Below the pieces are notes generated by a model. It worked only from the letters and a program-made list of their open reading frames with translations, ran no database searches and was not told the DNA's origin. The position numbers and the translations under genes are program-made. 64,000 nucleotides of DNA from Deltaproteobacteria bacterium (lineage in GTDB: Bacteria; Desulfobacterota; Desulfobacteria; Desulfobacterales; C00003060): NCBI GenBank assembly GCA_019307135.1, contig JAFDKF010000028.1:3535-67534 (forward strand). Reading direction: 5' to 3'. Positions 34,882 to 43,320 of the stretch are shown in pieces. The number at the start of each line of letters is the position of its first letter. Positions within the stretch are counted from its first letter, which is position 1.

Positions 34882-36060
34882 CTCACGCTTTTCAATACCA
34901 ATTCTGTCGCATTGCGTGTTAACGAAACGGGTCAGTCCTGGCAAGAGGGGGCGTTCTTTTGCACTCAAGATGAGTAGATATAGACCAACAGACCCGATCA
35001 CCAGGTTAGGGCCCCACATGCAAACGACCGGCGGGCATACCCCTGCCTCGCCAAAGACCCAGCCCGCAGACAGAAATATGTAGTAAATTAGAAAGAAAAA
35101 CAGACCAAGAACCATCCCAAAAGATCGCTTTGCAGACTTTGATTGAACTCCCAGGGGGACTGCTATAAGTCCAAAGACAAAACATGCAAAGGGGATGGAG
35201 AATTTTTTGTGATATTCCATCAACGTCAAATAGTATTTTGCATTTTTCCTGGCAGCTTCCCTTAAACTGTGGCGTAATTCCCCCAAACTCATCTCTTTTC
35301 TCCCTTTTTGGCCATGTTTTCTTGCAGATAGAACCTGGGCGACTTCAAGCTTAAAATCATAGATATCGAAGCTAACAGAATGTGCGGTTTTATTCTTCTG
35401 GTCCACCTTATTGATAATCCCGTTGAACAGTCTCAACCGGAAGGTCAGTCTTTCCGGATCGAAAAAAAACTTCCCCTTGGGAGCAACAACAGTGCTTACC
35501 GTTCCTGGAGTCTGCCGGTCTTCAATAAAAACATCGCCCAGGGTCTTGTCTTGCGCGTCGATTTTACCCACATACAGCATAACATTCTTGAAACTGTCGT
35601 TGAATGTCCTCTCTTTTAGCCCTATGTCAATATTCGATTTGGCGGCTTCAAACAGCAACGCCTTAAAAGAAAGCCTCCCCCACGGCGACCCATATATACA
35701 CATAAAACCGGTCACCAAACACCCCATAAGACAAAAGACGAATACGGGAAAAAGAAGCCTGAAGATGCTAAGCCCTGCCGATTTCAGTGCAGTGATCTCA
35801 TTGTCATTTGACAATCTCAGAAAAGCAAGTAGCACACCCATCATGATCGACATAGGAAGAACAAAAACCAGGAAAGAAGGTATGGAGCAGATCAACATGA
35901 GGAGGACAGAAGAGACACTCACCCTATGGTTCACGATCAGGTCCGTAACATCGAGTATCTCGGCCATCAGGAAAATAAGGGTAAACAAGATCAGGTTGAT
36001 GAGAAAGGGAGGTATCATCTCCCTGAAGACATATCTGTTGATATGGGTGTTCAGTTTCAT
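34876..36060 (-). CDS. lptF: LPS export ABC permease LptF
   Basis: MKLNTHINRYVFREMIPPFLINL; YjgP/YjgQ family architecture. First of the pair. Confidence 0.75.
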   Translation of the reverse strand: MKLNTHINRYVFREMIPPFLINLILFTLIFLMAEILDVTDLIVNHRVSVSSVLLMLICSIPSFLVFVLPMSIMMGVLLAFLRLSNDNEITALKSAGLSIFRLLFPVFVFCLMGCLVTGFMCIYGSPWGRLSFKALLFEAAKSNIDIGLKERTFNDSFKNVMLYVGKIDAQDKTLGDVFIEDRQTPGTVSTVVAPKGKFFFDPERLTFRLRLFNGIINKVDQKNKTAHSVSFDIYDFKLEVAQVLSARKHGQKGRKEMSLGELRHSLREAARKNAKYYLTLMEYHKKFSIPFACFVFGLIAVPLGVQSKSAKRSFGMVLGLFFFLIYYIFLSAGWVFGEAGVCPPVVCMWGPNLVIGSVGLYLLILSAKERPLLPGLTRFVNTQCDRIGIEKREG

Positions 36061-36134
36061 CTGGGGTGTGAATCACAGCTGTTGGCAATGAGAAAATCCA
36101 TGTCCGTCTGCTACGTATTTAGCTTTGGGGAAAA

Positions 36135-36164
36135 GGTGTCAGGTTTCGGGTTTCAGGTGTCAGG
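36135..36164. repeat. GGTTTCAGG/GGTGTCAGG word array (single arm)
   Basis: ggtgtcaggtttcgggtttcaggtgtcagg. Confidence 0.5.
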
Positions 36165-36176
36165 ATCGAGAAACTT

Positions 36177-37934
36177 TCATCTGTTATCGTCAAACTGCAT
36201 TTCGTGAAGCTTAGAATACTCACCACGGAGGGCCAAGAGTTCCTCGTGTTTGCCCTCCTCTACAATCGTCCCGTTCACAATCACGATGATCCGATCAGCA
36301 TGTCGAACAGTGGAAAGCCTGTGGGCGATCACAAAGGTCGTCCGCCCCTTCATCAAATTTTCAAGGGCACGCTGAACAGCCAGTTCCGACTCAGTATCGA
36401 GTGAGGAGGTGGCTTCGTCCAGAATCAGGATAGGGGCATTCCTCAAAAGCGCACGGGCAATGCAAATGCGCTGCTTTTCCCCCCCGGAAAGCCGTACACC
36501 ACTTTCGCCGACAATAGTGTCGAACTTGTCGTGAAAACTTTGAGTGAAATCATAAGCGTAGGCGGCCCTGGCAGCTGCAATGATGTCGGCCTCTGACGCA
36601 TTAAGATTGCCATAGGTAATATTGTTTCTAATGGTATCATTGAAAAGAATGGGGTCTTGCGTGACAATGCCTGTCTGTCTGCGAAGAGAGCCAATGGTCA
36701 CATCCCGGACATCATGCCCGTCAATGAGGATTGCCCCTTCGGTCACATCATAAAAGCGCGGAATCAAATTCACCAGGGTGGTCTTGCCACCGCCGCTGAC
36801 GCCTACCAGGGCTATAACTTCGCCGCTTTTCACCTCAAGATTGATGTTTCTCAGGACCAGTTGCTCGTCATATTTGAAAGACACATTTCGGAAAACCACT
36901 CCGTGATCCTTTGGCTCGAGCTCCACAGCATCCTGCCGCTCTATAATGTCCGAATCAGTATCGAGAATGTCATAGATTCGAACAGCCGCAGCCAGGCCTT
37001 CCTGGATAACGTTGTTCAGTGGACTGATTCTCTTGACAGGCGCATACAACATGATGAGCGCGGCCATAAAAGAAAAGAAGGTCCCTGGTGTCGAGGTCCC
37101 CGTGATCACCTTGTATCCACCGTACCAGATAATAAAAGTGATGCCGATGCCACCTAGCAGTTCCATCACGGGCGAAGACATCGATTTTATCTTTACAGCT
37201 TTCATTTCATACTTGAACAACTGAAGGGTTCTTTCAAAAAAACGCTTATTTTCGTACGGTTCCATCGCAAATGCCTTTACGATTCTCGTCCCCGTAAAGG
37301 TCTCATGGAGAAGGGAACTCATGTCTGCAATGGCTTCCTGGCACCGGGTGCTGAACTGCCGTACGCGCCTGCCGAATTTCACAATAGGAACTACGGCAGC
37401 AGGAAAAACAGTGATTGCAATCAAGGCCAGTTTCCAGTCCCGGTAAAAGATGACGAATAGCAGGCCTATGATTGTAAAGGAATCTTTTAACAGTGCTGTA
37501 ACAGCATTGGACACCATCCCTTTGACAATGTTAACGTCGTTGATAATCCTTGCCATCAGGACGCCAGTCTCATGTTTGTGGAAAAAGGATAAGGGCAGCA
37601 TCTGAATGTGACTGTAAAGCTGATCACGCAATCTCTTGATAATGCTTTGGCCTACATAATTCATGAGATATGCCTGTCCAAAGTAGGCAGCCCCTCTCAA
37701 TATGTAGAGCATGATGATGGCAAGGGGGAGGAGCTTCAACATCCTAACATTTTTATTAAAAAAGATTTCGTCCAGTACAGGCTTGACAAGATAGGCCGTT
37801 GCTGCGGTCAATGATGCCACCAGCATCATGCACAACATGGCCACAAGGAGACGAAGCCACTGTAATTTTACAAGCGCCAGAATTCTCCGGTATATTTTTG
37901 ATGAATCTGTGCGACGTTTCTTGTTCTTAGCCAT
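36177..37934 (-). CDS. msbA: lipid A/LPS flippase ABC transporter (fused TMD-NBD)
   Basis: ORF trimmed to ATG 37934. Six-TM exporter domain, Walker A GVSGGGKTT, LSGGEKQRICIARAL and ILILDEATSSLD. Position between lpxB/DUF374 and lptFG-lpxK. Confidence 0.85.
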   Translation of the reverse strand: MAKNKKRRTDSSKIYRRILALVKLQWLRLLVAMLCMMLVASLTAATAYLVKPVLDEIFFNKNVRMLKLLPLAIIMLYILRGAAYFGQAYLMNYVGQSIIKRLRDQLYSHIQMLPLSFFHKHETGVLMARIINDVNIVKGMVSNAVTALLKDSFTIIGLLFVIFYRDWKLALIAITVFPAAVVPIVKFGRRVRQFSTRCQEAIADMSSLLHETFTGTRIVKAFAMEPYENKRFFERTLQLFKYEMKAVKIKSMSSPVMELLGGIGITFIIWYGGYKVITGTSTPGTFFSFMAALIMLYAPVKRISPLNNVIQEGLAAAVRIYDILDTDSDIIERQDAVELEPKDHGVVFRNVSFKYDEQLVLRNINLEVKSGEVIALVGVSGGGKTTLVNLIPRFYDVTEGAILIDGHDVRDVTIGSLRRQTGIVTQDPILFNDTIRNNITYGNLNASEADIIAAARAAYAYDFTQSFHDKFDTIVGESGVRLSGGEKQRICIARALLRNAPILILDEATSSLDTESELAVQRALENLMKGRTTFVIAHRLSTVRHADRIIVIVNGTIVEEGKHEELLALRGEYSKLHEMQFDDNR

Positions 37935-37960
37935 ACTGGATATGAAATAGGAAAAGATTT

Positions 37961-38169
37961 CCACCTGTGCGGTTAAGAAACTATACAAAACCAATCACGA
38001 AAACACGAAAGTACGAAAACACGAAATAAAACGTGAGTTATTCTCGTTCCCATGCTCTGCGTGGGAACGTAAGCGTCCAGCGGTAGGGTTACAACGCAGA
38101 GCATTGTAACCAGTATATCGTCGTGCTGTCCGAAGGTATGACCTGGGCAAACTGTCCAACCGCACAGGT
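37961..38169. repeat. inverted-repeat-bounded element containing two hairpins with complementary loops
   Basis: ccacctgtgcggtt (37961) pairs with aaccgcacaggt (38158). The interior holds acgaaaacacgaaagtacgaaaacacgaaa words and hairpins at 38045-38069 and 38087-38111. Confidence 0.55.
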
Positions 38170-38256
38170 CGAAAGATTTGAACGGAGGACCTAAAAAACC
38201 CTTTCTTAAAAGGTTATTTTATTCCTTTAACTTTAGGCACCTTAGCTCACTTTGGG

Positions 38257-38405
38257 GTAACTTCTCAATAAGTCCGGGTAATCGCTGCTGGATTCCCGCC
38301 TTCGCGGGAATGACGATTGGGTGTAAGTGGCTGTCATTCCCGCGAAAGCGGGAATCCAGTAAATAGTCGTGAAATCTGATTTACCCGAACTTATTGAGAA
38401 GTTAC
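38257..38405. mobile_element. MITE-like palindromic element, family A, full 149-bp copy
   Basis: A 25-nt terminal inverted repeat, gtaacttctcaataagtccgggtaa / ttacccgaacttattgagaagttac, flanks the two attcccgc..gcgggaat hairpins. Confidence 0.75.
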
Positions 38406-38415
38406 ACTTTGGGTG

Positions 38416-39102
38416 TTAGTCTATCGCGTGACCATAGTATAGGTCCACAAATTTTGTGATTCGATTCAGTTCTGCTTCAAGGTTTGCGCGATAGACCTCT
38501 TTTGTCTCTGCATCGACTTTGCACGGGACTGAAATAGGTGTGCCATAGATAACTCTACCTTCAGTAAACGGACAGGGAAGCATAAACCGATCCCAACTGG
38601 CAAAGATCTTTATCCTCTCTGCGCTGTAGCTGAGAGGTACAATAGGATATCCTGTCTTTTGAGCCAGAGTTATAACGCCGGGCTGAACCCTGAACCGGGG
38701 GCCCCTTGGACCATCCGGAACCACAACTCCGGGGCAAATCTCTTCCTTAAGGGCCTTGATTAACCTTGCCAGAGCTCGAACGCCGTGCCGTGAGGTGGAA
38801 CCCCGGATTGTCTTATGGCCTTGACGCTTCAGTATTTGCGCAATGATCTCCCCGTCCTTGGATTTGCTGACGAGGATGGCGGCACCCAACCGCTTGTAAA
38901 GGTAGCTAAGCATAAGTATTCTCGAATGCCAAAAGGCAAAGATAAATCTCCCTGACTCGATCTCCGCCCTGGCCTTATCAAAGTCAATAGTCCGAATGCG
39001 GATCGTGCTGCAAATCAGGTCGGTCAAACCTTTCCCGAGCCAGCCGACCAGCCACCACTTCAACGTATTCCGTATGGGGTTAATTGAGTTTGTTGGGTTC
39101 AT
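38416..39102 (-). CDS. DUF374-family (lysophospholipid acyltransferase-like) protein
   Basis: FAFWHSRILMLSY..LVSKSKDGEIIAQILKRQGHKTIRGSTSRHG..VVPDGPRGPRF fits the DUF374 pattern. ATG 39102 chosen because upstream codons (NPTNSMNPTNPTNSTNP) are repeat-encoded. Confidence 0.7.
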   Translation of the reverse strand: MNPTNSINPIRNTLKWWLVGWLGKGLTDLICSTIRIRTIDFDKARAEIESGRFIFAFWHSRILMLSYLYKRLGAAILVSKSKDGEIIAQILKRQGHKTIRGSTSRHGVRALARLIKALKEEICPGVVVPDGPRGPRFRVQPGVITLAQKTGYPIVPLSYSAERIKIFASWDRFMLPCPFTEGRVIYGTPISVPCKVDAETKEVYRANLEAELNRITKFVDLYYGHAID

Positions 39103-39197
39103 TGGGTTTGTTGAGTTTGTCGGGTTTGTCGGGTTCATTGAGTTTGTCGGGTTATAACTCAACAAACACAAGAAACCATGTAAACTCAACAAACACG
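39077..39197. repeat. family D hairpin (GGGTTYATTGAG/GGGTTTGTYG words, loop, AACTCAACAAACAC words), copy 1
   Basis: The central ggttataactcaacaaacacaagaaac is shared with copy 2. Contains the lpxB stop and the DUF374 ATG. Confidence 0.7.
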
Positions 39198-40334
39198 GTT
39201 GCCCGAAAGCAACCTGATGGCCACCTCCGCAGCCCGTTTCGAGGCCCCTGGAGCGCCCAGACTCTGTGCAACATGACGCAGCTTGTGCCGGATTTCAGCA
39301 AGCCCTTTTTCGTCTCTGAGCATCTGTGACGCCTGGTGGGCAATCTTTTTGGCTGACGCTTCGTGCTGAATCAGCTCTGGCACGATCGGTCTTTCAGCAA
39401 CCAGGTTGGCCATGCCAATATGTTTTACGCGAATCAGGCGCTTTCCAAGCCAGTAACTGAGAGGCGATACCTTATACACGATAATCATAGGCGTGCCCGC
39501 TATGGCCGCCTCCAATGTCACGGTCCCAGAAGCTGTTATGACCAATGAGGCCTCATCCAATACATCTCGAAGCCCATCGCGCAGGATCAAAAACCTTGCG
39601 GTTCCCCCCTCAACAATGGTCTCTACGAGGGTCCTGTCCACCGAAGAGGCCACAGGTATAGCAAAGCGGATACCTGGAAGCTGTTCCGAAAGAATATCTG
39701 CCGCATGCACCATGGTGGGAAGGAGACGCGTAATCTCCCCGTTTCGGCTTCCAGGCAGCAGCCCGATCAGCAAGCTGTCCCCCTTGAGATTTCCCTTTTT
39801 CTCCCTCGATGTCCCGGACGTCATGCTGTCCAGTAAAGGATGCCCAACAAAGGTCACGGGGACATGCCATTTCTTGTAAAAGGCTACCTCAAAAGGGAAA
39901 ATCACGACCATATGATCAACCACATTCTTGATCTTTTTTACCCTCCCGGTCCGCCACGCCCATACTTGCGGACTAATGTAATACATGACAGGGATACCCA
40001 GTTTTTTGGCACCAGCGGCAACGTGCAGGTTAAAGTCCGGAAAATCGATCAAAATAAGGAGATCGGGGCGAATTTTACTTAGCCCTTTCTTGACAACCCT
40101 GAGAGCACTCAGAATGACTCTGAACTTCAAAAAGGCCTCCGAAATCCCGACGACAGCTATTTGGGAATTGTCAACCATCAGGCGAACGCCGGCCTGTTGA
40201 AGGGCGTTTCCACCTATACCAAAGAAATCGAGCTCTCGATTGAGAGCCCGAATAGCCTTTACCAGATGCGCACCGTGCATGTCACCGGAGGCTTCTCCGG
40301 CGATAATCATTATCTTTTTGTCTTGCAACTTCAC
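39186..40334 (-). CDS. lpxB: lipid-A-disaccharide synthase
   Basis: IMIIAGEASGDMHGAHLV, DFPDFNL, YYISPQVWAWR and LPGSR. Start is GTG (or ATG 40313). Confidence 0.9.
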   Translation of the reverse strand: MKLQDKKIMIIAGEASGDMHGAHLVKAIRALNRELDFFGIGGNALQQAGVRLMVDNSQIAVVGISEAFLKFRVILSALRVVKKGLSKIRPDLLILIDFPDFNLHVAAGAKKLGIPVMYYISPQVWAWRTGRVKKIKNVVDHMVVIFPFEVAFYKKWHVPVTFVGHPLLDSMTSGTSREKKGNLKGDSLLIGLLPGSRNGEITRLLPTMVHAADILSEQLPGIRFAIPVASSVDRTLVETIVEGGTARFLILRDGLRDVLDEASLVITASGTVTLEAAIAGTPMIIVYKVSPLSYWLGKRLIRVKHIGMANLVAERPIVPELIQHEASAKKIAHQASQMLRDEKGLAEIRHKLRHVAQSLGAPGASKRAAEVAIRLLSGNRVC

Positions 40335-40405
40335 AACTCATCGTTCGCTTATTAAATTCGTACTTAGATTAATTCTTATATGGACCTAAATCTTTATCCC
40401 GTTTT

Positions 40406-40527
40406 GGTTTCAGGTTTCAGGGCACATGTAGGTTTCAGGTGTCAGTGTTCTCAGGAAAGAGAAACGCAAAAACTGAAACCTGACACCCGACACCTGGAAC
40501 CTGGTTTCTGAAACCCGAAACCTGAGG
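40406..40527. repeat. GGTTTCAGG-word hairpin
   Basis: Arms ggtttcaggtttcagggcacatgtaggtttcaggtgtcag / ctgaaacctgacacccgacacctggaacctggtttctgaaacccgaaacctgagg. Confidence 0.7.
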
Positions 40528-40595
40528 AGTATATAGATTCTCAAAATTAACAAAAGTCTATCCCTATTAAGCGAATGATAAGAGGTCACTTTAGC

Positions 40596-41549
40596 TCACT
40601 TTAGGCACTTCAATGTCTCCTCGATCTGGTCCATGATGCTAAGGGCAACCCGCAGGGCATTCCGCCCGTCTCTCCCCGATACCAACGGGGCCTCACGATT
40701 TCTTACGGACCGTATAAATGCCTCCAGCTCAGATTCCAGGGAATCGGCTTTCTCAAAGCTTGTTCGTTGCAAAGACATGCCGGGGATGGGAAGCTCGGTA
40801 CCCTTCCCGTCCTTCCGGACAATCGTAATCTCATGATTCGCATAATCGACCGAAACATAGGTATCTTTCTGGAAAATACGTATCTTTCGCATGTTTTTCA
40901 GGGAAATACGGCTGGCAGTTATATTGGCAACACAGCCATTCTCAAAGACAAGCCGCACGTTGGCGACGTCCACGCAAGAAGATATGACCGGAACACCTGC
41001 CGCATGAATGCTCTTGAGTTCTGACCTGACAAAACTTAATATGATATCGATGTCATGGATCATCAAATCTAAAACTACATCCACTTCGGTTCCCCGTTCC
41101 TTAAAAACACTCAAACGGTGAGACTCTATGAAGAGGGGACGGTCCACGACTTCCCTCAGGGCTATCACCGCGGGATTGAATCGCTCCAGATGCCCCACCT
41201 GGATGATTGGGCCGTGGGAATCTGCAATCTTTATTAGAGCATCTGCCTCCTCAAGAGTCTCTGTTATGGGCTTTTCGATCAAGACATCCACATTATTTTC
41301 CAAGAAATCACGGCTAATGTAAAAATGAAGGGGGGTGGGTACCACCACACTCACTGCGTCTACTTCACCTATGAGATCTCTGTAATCGGTAAAAGATTCC
41401 GTTCCAAGCCGTTTTGCAACGTTTTGCGCCCTTTCGGTAATGATGTCCACCACACCCGCAAGCTTCACCCCATCCATCCGGGCATATTTCTCAGCGTGAA
41501 ACCTGCCGAGGTATCCGACTCCCACGACGCCTACACGTAACTCTTTCAT
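40596..41549 (-). CDS. Gfo/Idh/MocA-family NAD(P) oxidoreductase (candidate GnnA-type UDP-GlcNAc 3-dehydrogenase)
   Basis: LRVGVVGVGYLGRFHA Rossmann motif, EKP motif (LIEKPIT) and GHLERFNP. Sits between lpxI and lpxB. Confidence 0.8.
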   Translation of the reverse strand: MKELRVGVVGVGYLGRFHAEKYARMDGVKLAGVVDIITERAQNVAKRLGTESFTDYRDLIGEVDAVSVVVPTPLHFYISRDFLENNVDVLIEKPITETLEEADALIKIADSHGPIIQVGHLERFNPAVIALREVVDRPLFIESHRLSVFKERGTEVDVVLDLMIHDIDIILSFVRSELKSIHAAGVPVISSCVDVANVRLVFENGCVANITASRISLKNMRKIRIFQKDTYVSVDYANHEITIVRKDGKGTELPIPGMSLQRTSFEKADSLESELEAFIRSVRNREAPLVSGRDGRNALRVALSIMDQIEETLKCLK

Positions 41550-41559
41550 AGCTTGCTCA

Positions 41560-41625
41560 GTAGCGTGCCCCCTCTGTGGGGCACATCCCCAAAGGCAATC
41601 GTGGGGGACAGAGCCCCCACGCTAC
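41560..41625. repeat. REP-like three-way structure (outer stem gtagcg/cgctac enclosing two G/C hairpins)
   Basis: gtgcccc-ctctgt-ggggcac and cgtggggg-acagag-cccccacg. Confidence 0.55.
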
Positions 41626-41634
41626 AAACCCTCA

Positions 41635-42441
41635 CTATTCTACACCTATAATCACAATCCCGCTTCGATCAGCCAGTGCAACCATCTCTTCCCTGCCAAA
41701 GACCACCGTCTTGCCTGCCTCAACGGCCAGGACCGACGCTCCAACATCACGCATGGTCTCAATGGTTTTGACCGCGACGGCCGGCATGTCGAATCGCATA
41801 TCCTGGTTGGGCTTACTTGCCTTCACAACGACCGTTTTTTCCTTTCCAAGCCCCCCTCCTCGCGTTATGGTGGCATCAGTACCATCAATAGCCTCAACCG
41901 CCATCACTGACCTGTCCCGAACCACCACAGTCTGGCCAATATCCAACCTTCCAATCTCCTTGACTATACGCCATCCGAAATGTACATCGGCCATCTCGGA
42001 CCTGGTCGGCTTGCGCCGTGTCCAGCATCCTCTTTTTGCCAGGAGTTCGGGCACCAAGAAAGTAGAAGGGTGAATGGTTATCCCCTCTTTTTCCAACTCG
42101 CCGGCAAAGGCCCGCAGGAGTCCATCGTCCTGCGTATGATCCATAGTGGCCAGTACCTTCAGAGCCCTCAGGTCCGGCCTCACCCCTGAAAACATCTTGG
42201 TCTTGGTGATGGCCCCAGCCAATACCGCATCACTGACTCCATTTTCCTTAAAAAATGCAATAAGTCGCTTCAATTGGCCGATCTTTACCCACCTTATCGC
42301 CTCTACAAGGTTTTCCAGTCGGGGATCGGTTTCCCCAACATGGGCTATTGCGTAAACCTTCAACCCCCTTTCCCTGGCCGCCTTTGAAAAAATGCCGGGG
42401 AACTGCCCGCTCCCGGCTATGAGTCCGATTTTTGGGTTCAT
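41635..42441 (-). CDS. lpxI: UDP-2,3-diacylglucosamine pyrophosphatase LpxI (DUF1009)
   Basis: ORF trimmed to ATG 42441. KIGLIAGSGQFP, EIGRLDIGQTVVV and AVEAIDGTDATI are collinear with Caulobacter LpxI as I recall it. Confidence 0.8.
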   Translation of the reverse strand: MNPKIGLIAGSGQFPGIFSKAARERGLKVYAIAHVGETDPRLENLVEAIRWVKIGQLKRLIAFFKENGVSDAVLAGAITKTKMFSGVRPDLRALKVLATMDHTQDDGLLRAFAGELEKEGITIHPSTFLVPELLAKRGCWTRRKPTRSEMADVHFGWRIVKEIGRLDIGQTVVVRDRSVMAVEAIDGTDATITRGGGLGKEKTVVVKASKPNQDMRFDMPAVAVKTIETMRDVGASVLAVEAGKTVVFGREEMVALADRSGIVIIGVE

Positions 42442-42535
42442 TGAGTTCATTGAGTTCATTGAGTTTATTGGGTTTATTGGGTTTATTGGGTCATAACTCG
42501 ACAAACTCAAGAAACTCAACCAACACAATAAACCC
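42434..42535. repeat. family D hairpin, copy 2
   Basis: (ttcattgag)x3 (tttattggg)x3 tcataactcgacaaactcaagaaactcaacc. Contains three in-frame ATGs, the last being the lpxI start. Confidence 0.7.
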
Positions 42536-42546
42536 CAAAAACCGTG

Positions 42547-43320
42547 TTATCTCGTTATCCCCCGCTCAGAGGACTTGATAAATTCTATAAAATTAACAAC
42601 CTCCGGTATCTGATCTACCTCAGCAGCAACCCTTTCAATCCCTTCGTTCAAGGTCAATTCTAGCCGAAACAGGATTCGATAGGTCCTCTTGAGGGCATGC
42701 ATGGTCTCTGTTGAAAAGCCATGCCGCTTCAAACCCACGGCATTCAACCCGTGGAGTCTGGCGCGGGGTGTGCCGGATGCCAGTACGTATGGCGGAATAT
42801 CCTTTGTCACACCAGTCACGCCACCTATAAAGGCATAGTCTCCGATCCGCACAAACTGGTGAACGGCTACAAAGGCACCCAGGGTGGCACAATCTCCCAC
42901 CCTGATGTGGCCGGCAAGGGTGGCAGCATTTGCAAAGATCACCTTTTGCCCGGTCAAGCAATCATGCGCAATGTGCGTGTAGGCCATCAAAAAATTCTCT
43001 TCGCCGATCTCGGTGATTCCGCCGCCGGCCTCAGTCCCCCTGTGAATTGTCACAAATTCTCGGACTGTGGTTCCCCGACCAATCTTTACGACCGACTTCT
43101 CTCCCCCAAATTTCAGGTCCTGAGGAACAGCACCTATGGCTGCGTGTTGAAATATTTTGCAATCAGCCCCGATGGTCGTGTACTGATCTATGGTAACGTG
43201 AGGGCCAATGATAGTGCCTGCATGTATTTTGACGTCACCGGCTATTACGGAATACGGTCCGATCTCAACATTAGAATCTATCTCGGCCCCGGGATCAACG
43301 ATTGCAGTAGGATGTATCAT
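42547..43320 (-). CDS. lpxA: acyl-ACP:UDP-GlcNAc O-acyltransferase
   Basis: MIHPTAIVDPGAEIDSNVEIGPYSVI, hexapeptide repeats, HIAHDC and a C-terminal helical domain. Confidence 0.9.
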   Translation of the reverse strand: MIHPTAIVDPGAEIDSNVEIGPYSVIAGDVKIHAGTIIGPHVTIDQYTTIGADCKIFQHAAIGAVPQDLKFGGEKSVVKIGRGTTVREFVTIHRGTEAGGGITEIGEENFLMAYTHIAHDCLTGQKVIFANAATLAGHIRVGDCATLGAFVAVHQFVRIGDYAFIGGVTGVTKDIPPYVLASGTPRARLHGLNAVGLKRHGFSTETMHALKRTYRILFRLELTLNEGIERVAAEVDQIPEVVNFIEFIKSSERGITR

